The notes: generated by a model from the sequence alone, not told the origin. DNA of 63,422 nt, filler included, from Octopus bimaculoides (GCF_001194135.2; 5 parts of 4 records of this genome joined end to end with filler, not necessarily neighbours in it), one strand, 5' to 3'. Shown: positions 47,576 to 61,271, numbered from the whole stretch's first letter. A program made the numbers and translations.

Positions 47576-48268
47576 CACACACACACACACACACATCTGT
47601 ATGTGACTGTATGTCTTTGTGTCTGTGTCCCCCACCCACCACTTGACAACCAGTGTTAGTGTGTTTATGTATCCGTAACTTAGCGGTTCAGCAAAAAAAC
47701 TGATAGAATAAGTACTAGGCTTTAAAAAAACACAAGTCCTAGGGGTTGATTTGTTTGGCTGCATTCAAATGATTAAAACAAGTGAAAAGTATAAAAAAAA
47801 AAGGTAAGAAAATCATGATCGTTTCAGAAACATCAAAAAGAAAAAAAAACCTTTATGCCCCATAGTCATTACCACTGATGCAAACAAAGTTTTGACTCCA
47901 TTTCATGTTACCCGCTTACACACAAAGTATTAAACACTTCAAGTAACAATACAAAATCCTGGATAGCAAACAATTTTCCTATTTAATGTCGTATGCAATA
48001 GCAACACTTCTAAAATATGTATTTTCCTGATTGAAGTACCACATCATTCTCTCCTTCAGCCCAGTCTCTTGACCTTGACTAATATCGCCTTGTTACACTT
48101 TCACAAAACATAAACACAATTTTATATGTGAATGGCATCGCAATTTCCAGACACAGCTTTTCAACTACTTAAGTCATTTATGTAGAAACTGGGGCCCAAA
48201 ACAACCTACGCAGCACATAACTACCTACCATTTCCAGTCTTAACAACCACTGCAGAGAACACCAAATG

Positions 48269-49022
48269 TAGGGTGTCCCAGAATTACCTATCTATTTCAA
48301 AGAAATCGGGCAAATTTGAAAAGGAAAAAAAACAAAAAACAAAAAAAAACTGGTAGAATTTTATGTTTATTACCTAATTATGATACCCAAACAGATTTAG
48401 ATATCTGATGTCAAGACTTTATTGAAAATTTTCAACATGTGTTCCGTCTGTATCCCTGTAAATTTGAAATCTTTCCTTTGCCTCGCGAGACACGTTTTGA
48501 AGCATTTCAGGAGTTTGCTAACTGAATGCCTTCTTTAAGTTCAGTTAAACCAGTGGTTCCCAAAGTGGGGGGTGGGGGTGGGTGGAAAGATCCAGGAGGT
48601 GTGTTGAAGAAAAATGGGGCGATAACAGGGTGACCAAAATGGGGCAATGGATGTAAAAAAAACAAAACAAAATAAAGGGTTAATTAGGTTAAGTTTTATT
48701 TGTGAAATACTGTTGTTTTGAATTTGCTGCAGAAAACGGTCTGTCTGTCACGGTGATGTGTGTGTGTGTGGGGACACTAGGAATATGACCAAGGGGGTGG
48801 CAGCCTGAAAACGTTTGGGAACAACTGAGCTAAACTATTGTTCCATCCTGGAGATGAAGGAAAAGGAAATGATTGCAACCAAATTGAAAAAAAGCTGTCA
48901 TGGACAGGAATTAAAATAAAATTATCAAAATAAGAAAGAATTATTAAATTATAAACAAAAGAGGATTTTAAAAAAAAATGTCCAATTTCACTGAAATTGA
49001 TTGTTAATTCTGGGACATCGTA
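48269..49022 (-). mobile_element. Tc1/mariner-derived non-autonomous element
   Basis: TA-bounded imperfect TIRs sharing TGTCCCAGAATTA; C-terminal transposase-like remnant PEMLQNVSREAKERFQIYRDTDGTHVENFQ* on the minus strand (48420-48512). Confidence 0.65.
48551..48827. mobile_element. hAT (Charlie-like) MITE nested in the Tc1/mariner element
   Basis: TIR CAGTGGTTCCCAAA / TTTGGGAACAACTG; 8-bp TSD AGTTAAAC/AGCTAAAC. Confidence 0.8.
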
Positions 49023-50333
49023 TACAATGAGCCATCAAAGTCAATGATATAAATGTATGTGTATGTCTCCACATAAATTCAAGGTTTGTTGTCACAAACA
49101 CATTTTTTATCATTCATGTTATTCCTAGTTAAACATATTTCCCTGAGACAACTAATTTGTCACATGGGAAATTTCTTTTATCTGCCTTTATTCTACACAA
49201 GCTCATCCTATTTTACTTCCTATAATCGATATTCATCAGCATGGCAGAAACACTAGTGCACGAGGCTAAATGTTGATCAGTATTTTATCAGTTAACATAC
49301 TGAGTTCAAATCCTGCTGGTGTTGGCTTTGTTCTCATATCCTTCTGAGATCAATAAAATAAGTATCAGTCAAGTATTGTGGTTGATTCAACTGATTATAC
49401 ACCCACTTCATACAAATTTATGACCTTGTGCCAATTTATGAAATCAATATTTGTTTACAAAAATAGAAAATGAAAATTAATGTTCCTGCTGATCATTTGC
49501 CATTTACATCTCTCTTTGAATATAATTTAGTATTTCAGACCAAAACTACCAGCCTCCACTACCAGAATCAAACTTTTATATTTTGTGAGTAATGTATGAT
49601 CTTCAATGTACCAGCCACTAAAATGATTTAGACAGTATAGCATTTTCAAGTTCTCCTCGTTAGTTATAAAACTATTCCAATGTTATGCTAAAACCCATTA
49701 ACATCTTCCTAATTCTAGAGTGGTAGGATAAAAAAAAAAAACAGTAGCTTCTAAATGTTTTACAGTATTAAGTTTCACACATACACGTGTGTGCACATGG
49801 ACACACGCACGTGTGCGTGCGTGCGCGCACACACACAGAGACACATGTTCTTAGTTCCAATCCTAATGAAAATCATCTTTCATCTCTCCGAGGCTGATGT
49901 ATCAAGCATCTACTTAAGTTAGCCAATCATCTATATCCTACTCCCAACAAATTTGAGGTGGCCTCTTGTTAATGAAAGAAATCAATATCTTCTTAATGCC
50001 AACAAAGGATCACACTCCATTCTTTACACATTTTCTTATGCTTATATCTTCAGTACACTTATCCACCCAGAAATCATATGATGCTCAGTCTCCATAAACA
50101 GACAGCCAAATGATTCATCACTACTGTTTATAAGGAAATAATTTATTTATATGGAAGAAAAATAATGATGGCTTTCTTGCAAAGGAAGAATTTTAGAGTT
50201 GGTTTTATATTAATTATTCTAGCAGGTACTACAGTGAGGTAAGCTTCTAGACAGCTGATTTTTCATCCTGGTTTCAATCCTTAGTAAAACCCTTCTTTTT
50301 TACTTCGTTGGTTTTTATTCTGAACTCCATGAG

Positions 50334-50660
50334 TGGAGGTGTGTGGCTTAGTGTTTTGAGTATTCAGCTCAAGATCGTATGATCATGAGTGAAATTCCCA
50401 GTGGCAAACTGTGTTCTTGAGCAAGACACTTTATTCACATTGCTGCAGTCCACTCAGCTGACAAAAATGAGTAGTATCTGTAATTCAAAGGGTCAGCCTT
50501 GTCACATTCTGTATCATGTTGAATCTCCATGAGAACTATATTAAGTGAATGCATGTTTGTGGAGTGCTCAGTCACTTGTATGTGAATTTCATGAGCAGGC
50601 TGTTCCACTGACTGGATCAACTGGAACCCTCATCATCGTAACTGATGGAATGCCAGTTAT
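50334..50660 (+). mobile_element. SINE related to family C (shared 3' body, different middle module)
   Basis: Decayed tRNA-like head, CORE-like TTGAGCAAGACACTTT, then a body matching the reverse complement of 17770-17960. Confidence 0.7.
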
Positions 50661-51528
50661 GTGCCTGATGAGAAAGATGATGATGATGAAGATGATGTGT
50701 GGCAACAATTGATGATGCACTGTGCTGGTGATGACCTGTACAACCCACACAATCATTGAAAAACGGATGTGAAATGATGATGATGATGATGATGACAACA
50801 ACAACGATGATGATGATGATGGGGTGATGACTATGTTGATGATACTAATGACTTTTCCCTCTTTGTCTGAAATCAATAATGTTTTACTCTCCAAAAGTTT
50901 AATGATTGGAAGGATGATAAGAGTTATATTTATTTATTTGATGTACTTAAAAATGTTCAACAAAACCAGAAGCAACAACTTCCAGTATTCACTTGCAGAT
51001 GACTTATAATCCACTTTGTATTTATTACTTCTGTTGTTTTTTTTGGTTTTTTTTTTGTACTTTCAGGAAGTGCGCCTCTTTTCATGCTTCAATGATATTT
51101 GCCAAATATCCACCAAGTGAAACAGACTTGCCAGTATTTAGGTGCATGTGAATATCTAGAGACAGAATTTCCTGAACTTCTTCACCTGGTGGCAAAGACC
51201 CAAAACCTTTTACTTTATTTGCAGAAAAATTACAAAACCGACAACCCCTCCATGCCACTAGTTCAAATACACAAAGCATATTCCTCTGCCAGTGGGGGAA
51301 TATCTAAATGGAGACTCGACCTACTAAAAGTAGTAGCTGAATTTCTCTCAAAGCAAGTATATATTGGATAATGTAGAACAATAAATACAAAGGAAAAAAA
51401 AGGAGAAAACACACACGTGTGTGTGTATAATATTTCAAATGGTAAGAATGTACAGGCTCAGCCATTTCCTGATGAAGGAATGTAATTTTATAGAGAAATT
51501 GTAGAAATATATATACATACATATATAG

Positions 51529-51860
51529 AATCAAAATAAGTAACAGGAAATCAAGTAGTAATGCAGTATGACCATTTCAAGTGGCTTCATTTAATTGAAC
51601 AATGCAATCATTACATCACTTTAAATGCAATACTATCTTCAGCTGCACAAATAAAATAAATGGAACACAAGTAGGACACAAAATATTTAAGAAGAATTAT
51701 ATTAATTTGTCCTACTTGTTAAAATTCCATTTATTTATTTGTGCAGCTGAAGATAGCATTGCATTTAAATTGATGTAATGATTGTATTGTTCAATTAAAT
51801 GGAGCCACTTGAAATGGTCGTACTGCATTACTAATTGATATCCGGTTGATTATTTTGATT
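51529..51860. repeat. Long AT-rich palindrome, about 150-bp arms, about 29-nt loop
   Basis: 51529-51678 is the imperfect reverse complement of 51708-51860. Confidence 0.9.
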
Positions 51861-51949
51861 TTATTCACCTTACGTCAAGCTGTGCGGATAATACTGGACT
51901 GACTTGGTGCTTCAAGTTAAGTACCTAATTCAACTGGATCTTAGTTATT

Positions 51950-52003
<54 letters not shown>

Positions 52004-52200
52004 ATAAAGGTATGGTAATGCAAACAGAAATAATAGAACTCAAAATATGAGTATATGTACATTTTTATTAATATTTAGCAGAAGCAACAGAATGACTCAA
52101 GGTTTTAGAGTTTTGTGCATTAGCACTTATCTAGTTTGATAAGAGCTAACACACGAAACTCTTGGACTTTGAGTCACTCTGTTGCTTCTGCTAAATATTA

Positions 52201-52252
<52 letters not shown>

Positions 52253-53169
52253 GCAGGTGTGATAACAAGTTTGTTTCCCAACCACATGGCTCTGGGTACA
52301 GTCCTACTGCATTGCACCTTAGGCAAGCATCTCGTACAATAGCTTTGAGCTGACCAAAATCTTGTGAGAGGATTTGACAGAAGGAAACTGAAAAGAAGCT
52401 CATCGTATATATTGTTGTTGTTGGCATCCTTTTGTCTTGGGAGACAATGGAGTAGCGCATAAAATAATCCAGTCTGGTTTTTACATTTCATGTCCTTTAC
52501 ATCTCCCGCTGTGGCTGTGTAGTCCTAACCTGGACAAACACTCCCTCTGGCAGGTGACGCAAATGTAGCGAAGACTTTGCCTGGCTGGTTGTGATGTTAT
52601 CCTCTCCAGTTTCCTCTTAGTTTGGTGCAGGCCAGGGCTAGATGTAAAAAAATCCTGGGTAGCCCAATTGTCAGGATTCCTCTCTTGACCTTGCTGACGT
52701 AGTCCAAAGGAGTGCAGAGCATTACGTTTGGCACCAGCTTGGTTGCAGGAGCTGCCGGAAGAGTGTCAAGTCGAACGCTAAACCACTGACGGAATTCCAC
52801 TCTGGATTTCTTTGAAGGTTGTCTCCTTTCCGTAACCCTGGAATGGGGCCCATACCGGGTACTGTCAGCCGGAGCCAGCTCTGTCCAGGACTCGTGTCAG
52901 GCAGGCTTGTCACTCCCTAAAGTAATGAAGAAAATCGCTACCCACTACCTCTCTCTCTCTCTCTCNNNNNNNNNNNNNNNNNNNNNNNNNNNNNNNNNNN
53001 NNNNNNNNNNNNNNNNNNNNNNNNNNNNNNNNNNNNNNNNNNNNNNNNNNNNNNNNNNNNNNNNNNNNNNNNNNNNNNNNNNNNNNNNNNNNNNNNNNNN
53101 NNNNNNNNNNNNNNNNNNNNNNNNNNNNNNNNNNNNNNNNNNNNNNNNNNNNNNNNNNNNNNNNNNNNN

Positions 53170-53216
<47 letters not shown>

Positions 53217-53673
53217 AATCAGTCAGTTGTTCATTTATCTGGAAAGAGTCACACTGTAAAACATTACAGCAGTAATATTTAGAAGGTTGCTATGGCCAAT
53301 CAGAGAGTAACCATTAGTTTCACACTACAAAGCACTTTAGCTGTACAGGTGACTCGTCAAGACTCTGGTCATTTTGAGTCTGACAAGTCACCTACACTGT
53401 TAAGTGCTTTATATTTGTGAAACCAGTGGTCGCTCTCTGACTAGCCACAAGAAACAACCTTCTAAATGTGTGTGTATGTGTGTCAATGCTTGTCCCCCCA
53501 TCACTGCTTGACAACTGGTGTTGGTGTGCTTGTCCCCGTAAGTTAGCTGTTCGGTAAAAGCGGCCGAAAAAATAAGTACCAGACTTTAAAAAATGTTCTG
53601 GGGACGATTCATTCAACTAAAAATACTTCAAGGCGGTTACCCAGCATGGCTGCAGTCTAATGACTGAAACAAG

Positions 53674-53710
<37 letters not shown>

Positions 53711-53867
53711 GAGAGCGAGAGAGCGGATTATTATTAATTGATTTATTTAACTGTTTCTTGTATTTATACCGTACAAAGTTTTATAGGTTTTGTTCAAGAG
53801 GAATTATCTAATTTTTTCAAAATATATGGAAGAAATATACGAAGTGAGAAAACATTAGGTTTGCCAG

Positions 53868-53902
<35 letters not shown>

Positions 53903-54248
53903 CGAGAGAGAGAGAGAGAGAGAAAGAAAGAGAGGGAGAGAGAGGTGAATTCTCCCGATAAATACGTTTCAACCCTGACAATATTTATGAAAGGAAAACC
54001 TTTAAGAAAAAGGAAAAGGAAAAAAAAAAACTTGGACGTCTATACCAGGTGACATTCGAAGTGCTCAAGATTTGGTTTCAGTTCATATGGAAATCTCAAT
54101 AAAAATACTAAAAGACTCCGCAGGTTCAAATTACAAGTGATAGAATGATGAATGGTGTAGTCCTCGTAAAGTTGATAGTTAATCTATATTAGTTTGATAT
54201 TAGGAGGAGAAATTTGAATTTTGGATCAGGGAGAGAGATTGAGAGAGA

Positions 54249-54288
<40 letters not shown>

Positions 54289-55856
54289 TAAATCCTGTTG
54301 GTATAGAGTGGAAGAGAGAAGGATAGATGAAACGTAAAGGATTAAGTACAAAAAGCTGTACGTGTTGAGGGAGATGCTATAGAATAAAAGAGAGACAAGA
54401 TGAAAAAGTGGCAAGATACAACACACTGTAGAAAGTAAAAAGAATAAAAAAAAGAAAGGTAAAGCCTTACATAACAGTGAAGGGGTTCTATGTAACATGG
54501 CATGAGAGAAAAGCAGAACGAGAAAGGATAAATAAATGCAGGAGTTAGCTTCATTGGAAAAGAATTACGGAGCGAGGAAAGTGAAAGACAAAGCAAATTA
54601 GATTAAATAATAAATACTTATGAAGATATAAGCAATAATGAAATAGACAGATTTAAAAAGAGATATAGATAGTGGATGAGAAAAAGAGTGTGAGAGAGAG
54701 ACTAGAATAGAAAGTATGAAAGATAGAGAGAGACGAGAATAGAAAGTATGAAAGATAGAGAGAGAAAGAAAGAGTGAGAGAGAGAGCGAGCCGGACAGAC
54801 AGACAGAGAATGTTGTGAGGAACGGGAGAGCGAGAGGGTGAGATATTAAGAACAGTGAACAGTCGTCATTCACAAATTTTCAATGGACGGACATACAACG
54901 TCTGATTATAACTCAACCGTCGAACCGTTTGATTTAGAAATTGGAGGACTATGTACCATTTTTGAGGAAAATCCACACTATTGTGTAAGTGTCATTTAAT
55001 CGTAACTTTACTCTTTGATTATTGTCTGTTGACAGCTCTATAAAAGACATCTGCACTTTACTGTTCTACAGCTGCAACCAGGCACCTGTTTGTACACACA
55101 TGTGCAGGATAATTGTCAATGCATATCAGTAGATATGTTGGTCATGTAGATGTTCACTATTAGTGTATTTATGAAGTATATATATATACATAAAGATGTA
55201 AAGAAATTTCACCTCGTGGCCATTTATTATCGGCTCCATTCCATTCAAAACATTTTACACGATATATCAGTTGAATAACAAATGACACTTTAATTTCACG
55301 CCCTCCCTGACATTTGCAACATCGTTATACACATAACTTATAAACATATTTCACACCTCATTGCAGACTATATCGCAATGTCTGTATGTGTGTGTTTGCC
55401 TTTGTGATCATGCATATGTGTACGTGTCTTGTTACATACGTGTTTGTAGGATGTATGTTTGTAAGGTGTTTATATGTATATGTACAAATGTACGTAGATA
55501 CATTGACACATACTGGATGTTCACATCTCTATGTATCAATGTATCTACGTACATACTTATTACATACATACATACATTTGTGTGTGTATGATGTTTTTAT
55601 GATGTATGTATATACGAAGCTTCTATGTACGTATATATGATGTTTATGTGTAAGCATGTTTATCCGTACCAATAAACACGCACATTGTTTATATGTACGT
55701 ATGCATTAGACGATGTTTAGAGGTAAGTGTGTGTGTATATATACACGCACACACACATATACATACGTACACACACATTCGAATACTTGTATTCGGTCTA
55801 TATGTATATGTACGCATGGTGTCCAGATATGTGTAGGTATCTTATTTTAAAAACTG

Positions 55857-55923
<67 letters not shown>

Positions 55924-57025
55924 CATACATACATACATACACGCACAGTCATTGATATCTATGACTATTTTCTGTTTGTATGCATCTCTATTATTGACTG
56001 TATATATATATGCCTGCGGCGTGCCTACACTGTATTGACACCCGGAATGATTCTCTCTCTCTCCTTTTGGCACTCTTTCATAAATAACATTTAAATTTAA
56101 ACACACGACTTTAAACATGTTAACCCCCATAGTTGACTGTTTCCTTTCAATGCCACTGATTATTATATGCCTTATATGCTTATCTGCAGATATATTTGTT
56201 TGTATGTATATCTCTGTGATTGTTGCTGCATACTTGAAAATATGTTACTCGTTTGTGTTTCAACTTCCGTCAACAAACTCTGATGGTCTTCATTATGTAT
56301 GTTGGCAATCCTTCAGCTGCTATGACATACCTGTCACCATCAGATCCAAATTTTTACTTCGTGGTCTTTATAGAATTATAGGTTGAAATGCCCAGCTGTT
56401 CATTTCCTCATTGATATACACTAGGCCATGTTGAAAACCGATTTAATGTTGACTCAGGCTCAGAAACAGCCAATATGAATCTAATCATCCTTATGCAAAC
56501 AAATGCCAATTCATTTAACAATATCTCAAGTAAAATATACACACTCACGTATCCGTACATATTTTTCCTTGTATTTATTTACAAACATCTATATCGCCTC
56601 AACTGCCCATTCATACATGAATTAAGATATGTTTACACACACGTTAAGTAAACATATAGTTCAGTTGGCAATAATACCAATGCTTAAATATTTCGCCAAA
56701 TAATTTCTCATCCAAATTTTCCCTAAATATAATTGGAAATTTGGAACTCCCTTAAGTGTTTCTCACAACCGAATTCGTGATACGGAAAAGAAACAATTGA
56801 AATTTTAAATGTAAGCTTGATAATTCAACGTTGTGTTATAATTTGATTGCGAGATACTCTCGTGTGCCAAACAAGCATTTAAGTATATGACACCCCCCCC
56901 CCATATGTATGTGCGTGCGTACGTTACATGTATGTATATGTATTATATATATATATATATATATATACATGTAATATGTGTATGTGTGTGTGTATATACA
57001 CGTTACATGTACGCATATATATTGC

Positions 57026-57059
<34 letters not shown>

Positions 57060-57159
57060 NNNNNNNNNNNNNNNNNNNNNNNNNNNNNNNNNNNNNNNNN
57101 NNNTTAATTAATTAANNNNNNNNNNNNNNNNNNNNNNNNNNNNNNNNNNNNNNNNNNNN
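57060..57159. other. Artificial scaffold linker
   Basis: 44N-TTAATTAATTAA-44N. Confidence 0.95.
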
Positions 57160-57560
57160 GTTGTAGTGTTGGTGGTGGTTGCAGTGTGGGTGGTGGTTGC
57201 AGTGTGGGTGGTGGTTGTAGTGTTGGTGGTGGTTGTAGTGTTGGTGGTGGTTGTAGTGTGGGTGGTGGTTGTCGTGTTGGTGGTGGTTGCAGTGTGGGTG
57301 GTGGTTGTAGTGTTGGTGGTGGGTGTAGTGTGGGTGGTGGTTGTAGTGTTGGTGGTGGTTGTATTAGTGGTAGCACTACTGTTATTGGTGGTGGTGGTGG
57401 TTGTATTGGTGGTAGCACTACTGTTGTTGGCTGTATTGGTGGTGGTGATGTGGTGGTAGTGCTCCTGTTGTTGGCAGTGGTGGTAGTACTACTGTTATTG
57501 GTGGTGGTGGTTGTAGTGTTGGTGGTAGTGGTGTTTATAGTATTGGTGACTAAGGTGCTA
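57160..57560. repeat. 18-bp minisatellite (GTTGTAGTGTTGGTGGTG)n decaying into GGT-rich sequence
   Basis: Direct inspection; explains the GGGCSV, poly-V and LQPPPT ORFs. Confidence 0.9.
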
Positions 57561-58240
57561 CAACACTATAGCACAAGCTATCACCAGACCAATCCACCCA
57601 TCCAGTTGTACTTACAACGCTACCCAGCCCCAAGGTACCTTTATGCTTTCAATAATCCACCCTCTTTACTATCCAGTTATACACACAACACAGCTACCCT
57701 CAATCCACCCCCAATGTACCCCACTTCCACAGCCATTTGTACCTTCGCCACCAACTCACTTTTCCCCCTTACCATACCCTTACCATACCCTCACCAGTCT
57801 ACCCCCTACACATTTATTTCACCAATCATACACACAACACTCTGCCCCCACCCCCATCACCACCACACTCTTTTCAAGCCACCCCACCCCCCTCTGCCAA
57901 TCTACCCAGGTGGTCGCTTCACATGTACTTCATCATCCAGTTGGGTTCCTTCTCCGATATACGTTCAATAATAAGGTTCACCTGGACGCAAAGACTCTGG
58001 ATTTGCTTGTCCCAGTTCGGTAGGGCTTCATGGGCTGAAAGAGAAAGATAAAGGGGTCAGAGAGGGATCAAATACATGTACATACATACATACATACATA
58101 TCAATCGAACATGTACAACTTTGTAATTCCTATTAGCAAATGAAACATGTGTAATGGTGAATAACCGATTATAGCAGCAACTCCATCAATTCCTAGGGAT
58201 ATCTGAGGAAGGAATTTTATTCTGAAATGTCATCAGATTC

Positions 58241-58380
58241 TGGATGGTTAAATTGGATGGTTAAAATGGATGGTTAAAATGATGGTTAAATGGATGGTTA
58301 AAATGGGTGGTTAAAATGGGTGGTTAAAATGGATGGTTAAAATGGATGGCTAAAATGGATGGTTAAAATGGATGGTTAAA
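58241..58380. repeat. 13-bp tandem repeat (AAAATGGATGGTT)n, about 11 copies
   Basis: Direct inspection. Confidence 0.9.
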
Positions 58381-59089
58381 TCACAACAGGTATATAGCCT
58401 ATTGTTTGTATTATAGTGCATTGTTGTACCATTCAAAACATTTTATTCTTTAAAAAACAATACACAATGCTTCAAGTCAACTACAATACTCTCCTCTTCC
58501 AATTTCCTGTTTTGTCATACAGTAACTTTACAAATATTTCTATAATTCTCGATTTTAATATATATTTTACTAACATACAGCAACAACTGAGACTACATAT
58601 ACTGGAAAAAGCATCTCTTTTACTTGTTTCAGTCATTTGACTGCAGCCATGCTGGAGCACCACCTTTTAGTCGAGGGCCAGTCAGGCAGTACTGGCAACG
58701 GTCACGCTCAAATGGTGTTTTTTACGTGCCACCTGCACAGGAGCTAGTCCAGCGGCACTGGCAATGACCTCGCTCGAATGTTTTTTCACATGCCACCGCC
58801 ACAAGTGACAGTAAGGCAATGCTGGTAACGATCACGCTCAAATGGTGCTATTTACGGGCCACCGGAACAGAAGCCGGACAGCTGCTCTGGCAATGGTCAC
58901 GCTCGGACGGTGCTCTTAGCGCTCCACTGGCACGGATCTAAAAATCAATAACTAGCAAATAGATATTTGCTATTTATTGATTGTGTAATTTATTGATTTT
59001 TAGATTCGGGTTTTTGTGGTATATTTGCTTTTCTAGATGTCTTGAATGACATTTTTCATTGTTGAATTTGTTAATAGAGGGTTTTTTCT

Positions 59090-59124
<35 letters not shown>

Positions 59125-60876
59125 TGGACACTAAACTCTGCTTGCGGAGACCTGTTGGGGCAAGTGAAATCGAAGACAAACCAAATTCGATGACTGGCAC
59201 CCATGCCAACCTTCCTTCATTGGACACTAAACTCTGCTTCCGAAGACCTGTTGGGGCAAGTGAAATCGAAATCGTGATTGAACCAAATTCGATGACTGGC
59301 ATCCGTGCCAGTGGAGCGCTAAGAGCACCATCCGAGCGTGACTACATTACCTTATGTCACCTTACTCTCTTTAAAATATAGTAGGACATGATTTGATAGA
59401 GACTTGGCTGCTATTTCTAAACAGTAAAGCAAGCATAAAGATTCTCCTGTAGGCTCTGACACTCATATAACTGTGCCCCACCATTTTAAAAGCTAATGTG
59501 ACATATCTAATACACATAATTTCAAGAGCAACAGACAGTTTCATACTTTCAGATACATTAAATTGACAGGACCAAGATATTTGGCTGCACTAAAGAAGAC
59601 CCATTCTCTACAGCAAAAGTGTTAAGGCCACCCCTGATGAAGAGGATTGACCTGCAAAAGCCCTGTGCTGAGTACCGAGTATAAAGCACTTGTGCCCGAA
59701 CCACATAAAAGTGCTTGTGCTGGTGTCATGTTAAAAGCATCCGGCACACACTGTAAAGTGGTTGGCATTAGGGAGGACATCCAGCTGTAGAAACCGAGCC
59801 AAAATCAGACTGGGACCAGGTACAGCTCTCCTGCATGCCAGCTCTGGTCAAACCATCCAACCCATGCAAACATGGAAAAACAGACATCAACAGATGATGA
59901 GGATGATGATGATGATGATGATGATGATATGACATGTCATGTATCTCCAGTGTATCCTCACTTTCACAGCCATAACAGAATGAACTGAGCCTGAAAGATT
60001 GCTTGGAAATACATGGCAGGTCATATAAACCTGCCAATCTAATGTATCATAAAGCATGAAACTATTTGCAACTCTAAGCTATTTCTGAACAGTAAAGCAA
60101 GTGGAGAGATTCTCCTCTAGGCTTTGACCTTCATATAATTATGTGTTTTATGAGGCAGGTTTGGCTGCTATATTTGAAAGGGAGGGAGGGAATCTTTTAT
60201 GTTTTTACAAACTCAGATTAACCAATCAACACAAGATCAATACGAGATCAATACTTACTTTCAAAATGTACAATCGATGCTATCTGGTCAACTGATCCAG
60301 ACATACGTCCTTCTGTTATCATCTGGGAAGCTATTTTCTCAGCCTGGAATGACAAAGAAACACAGTAACTATGGCAACACAAATAACAACAACAGTTTTA
60401 TTAGGTGCGCAGACATGGCTGTGTGGTAAGAAGTTTGCTTCCTAACCATACAGTTTTCAGGTTCAGTCCCACTGAGTGACAACTCGGGCAAGTGTCTTCA
60501 ACTGTAGCCTCGAGCCAACCAATGGATATGGTAAGAAGGAAACGAAAGCAGCCCCAAGTTTCAGTCTGATTTGGCATGGTCTCTAAGGCTGGATGCCCTT
60601 CCTAACACCAATATGTATGTGTGTGTGTGTGTGTGTGTATCTCTGCACATCATCATCATCATCATCGTTTAACGTCCGCTTTCCATGATAGCATGGGTTG
60701 GACGATTTGACTGAGGACTGGTGAAACCGGATGGCAACACCAGGCTCCAATCTAATTTGGCAGAGTTTCTACAGCTGGATGCCCTTCCTAACGCCAACCA
60801 CTCAGAGAGTGTAGTGGGTGCTTTTACGTGTCACCCGCACGAAAACGGCCACGCTCGAAATGGTGTCTTTTATGTG

Positions 60877-60976
60877 NNNNNNNNNNNNNNNNNNNNNNNN
60901 NNNNNNNNNNNNNNNNNNNNTTAATTAATTAANNNNNNNNNNNNNNNNNNNNNNNNNNNNNNNNNNNNNNNNNNNN
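60877..60976. other. Artificial scaffold linker
   Basis: 44N-TTAATTAATTAA-44N. Confidence 0.95.
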
Positions 60977-61014
<38 letters not shown>

Positions 61015-61271
61015 TTATATTATTAATATATTAATAAAATTATCAATAATATAGCAGGAAATCAATATTTAATATTTAAATTTCGAAAGATATATATCCA
61101 ATATGACATGGTAATATAATAAATTTAAAAAATTAAGATATACGAAATATAAGTATAAATATATATAAGAATATGAATGTAGATAAAGATACATGTGAAT
61201 ATAAATGAAAATAAAAATTTATGCGTAATTGAGCATGAATATTATAAAGTCTAAAATTTAAATAAATTAAA

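Noticed and set aside
52497-52910. GC-richer segment resembling a LINE 5' UTR, possibly with an HDV-like ribozyme
   Set aside because: I could not assign a family or build the nested pseudoknot by eye.
57104-58051. GGGCSV-, poly-Val- and LQPPPT-repeat ORFs as structural proteins
   Set aside because: All frames of one 18-bp minisatellite next to a linker; no splice or start context.
59628-59665. CTGATGA motif (also 61674-61680 and CTAATGA near 63204) as hammerheads
   Set aside because: No downstream GAAA/NUH arrangement with pairing stems.
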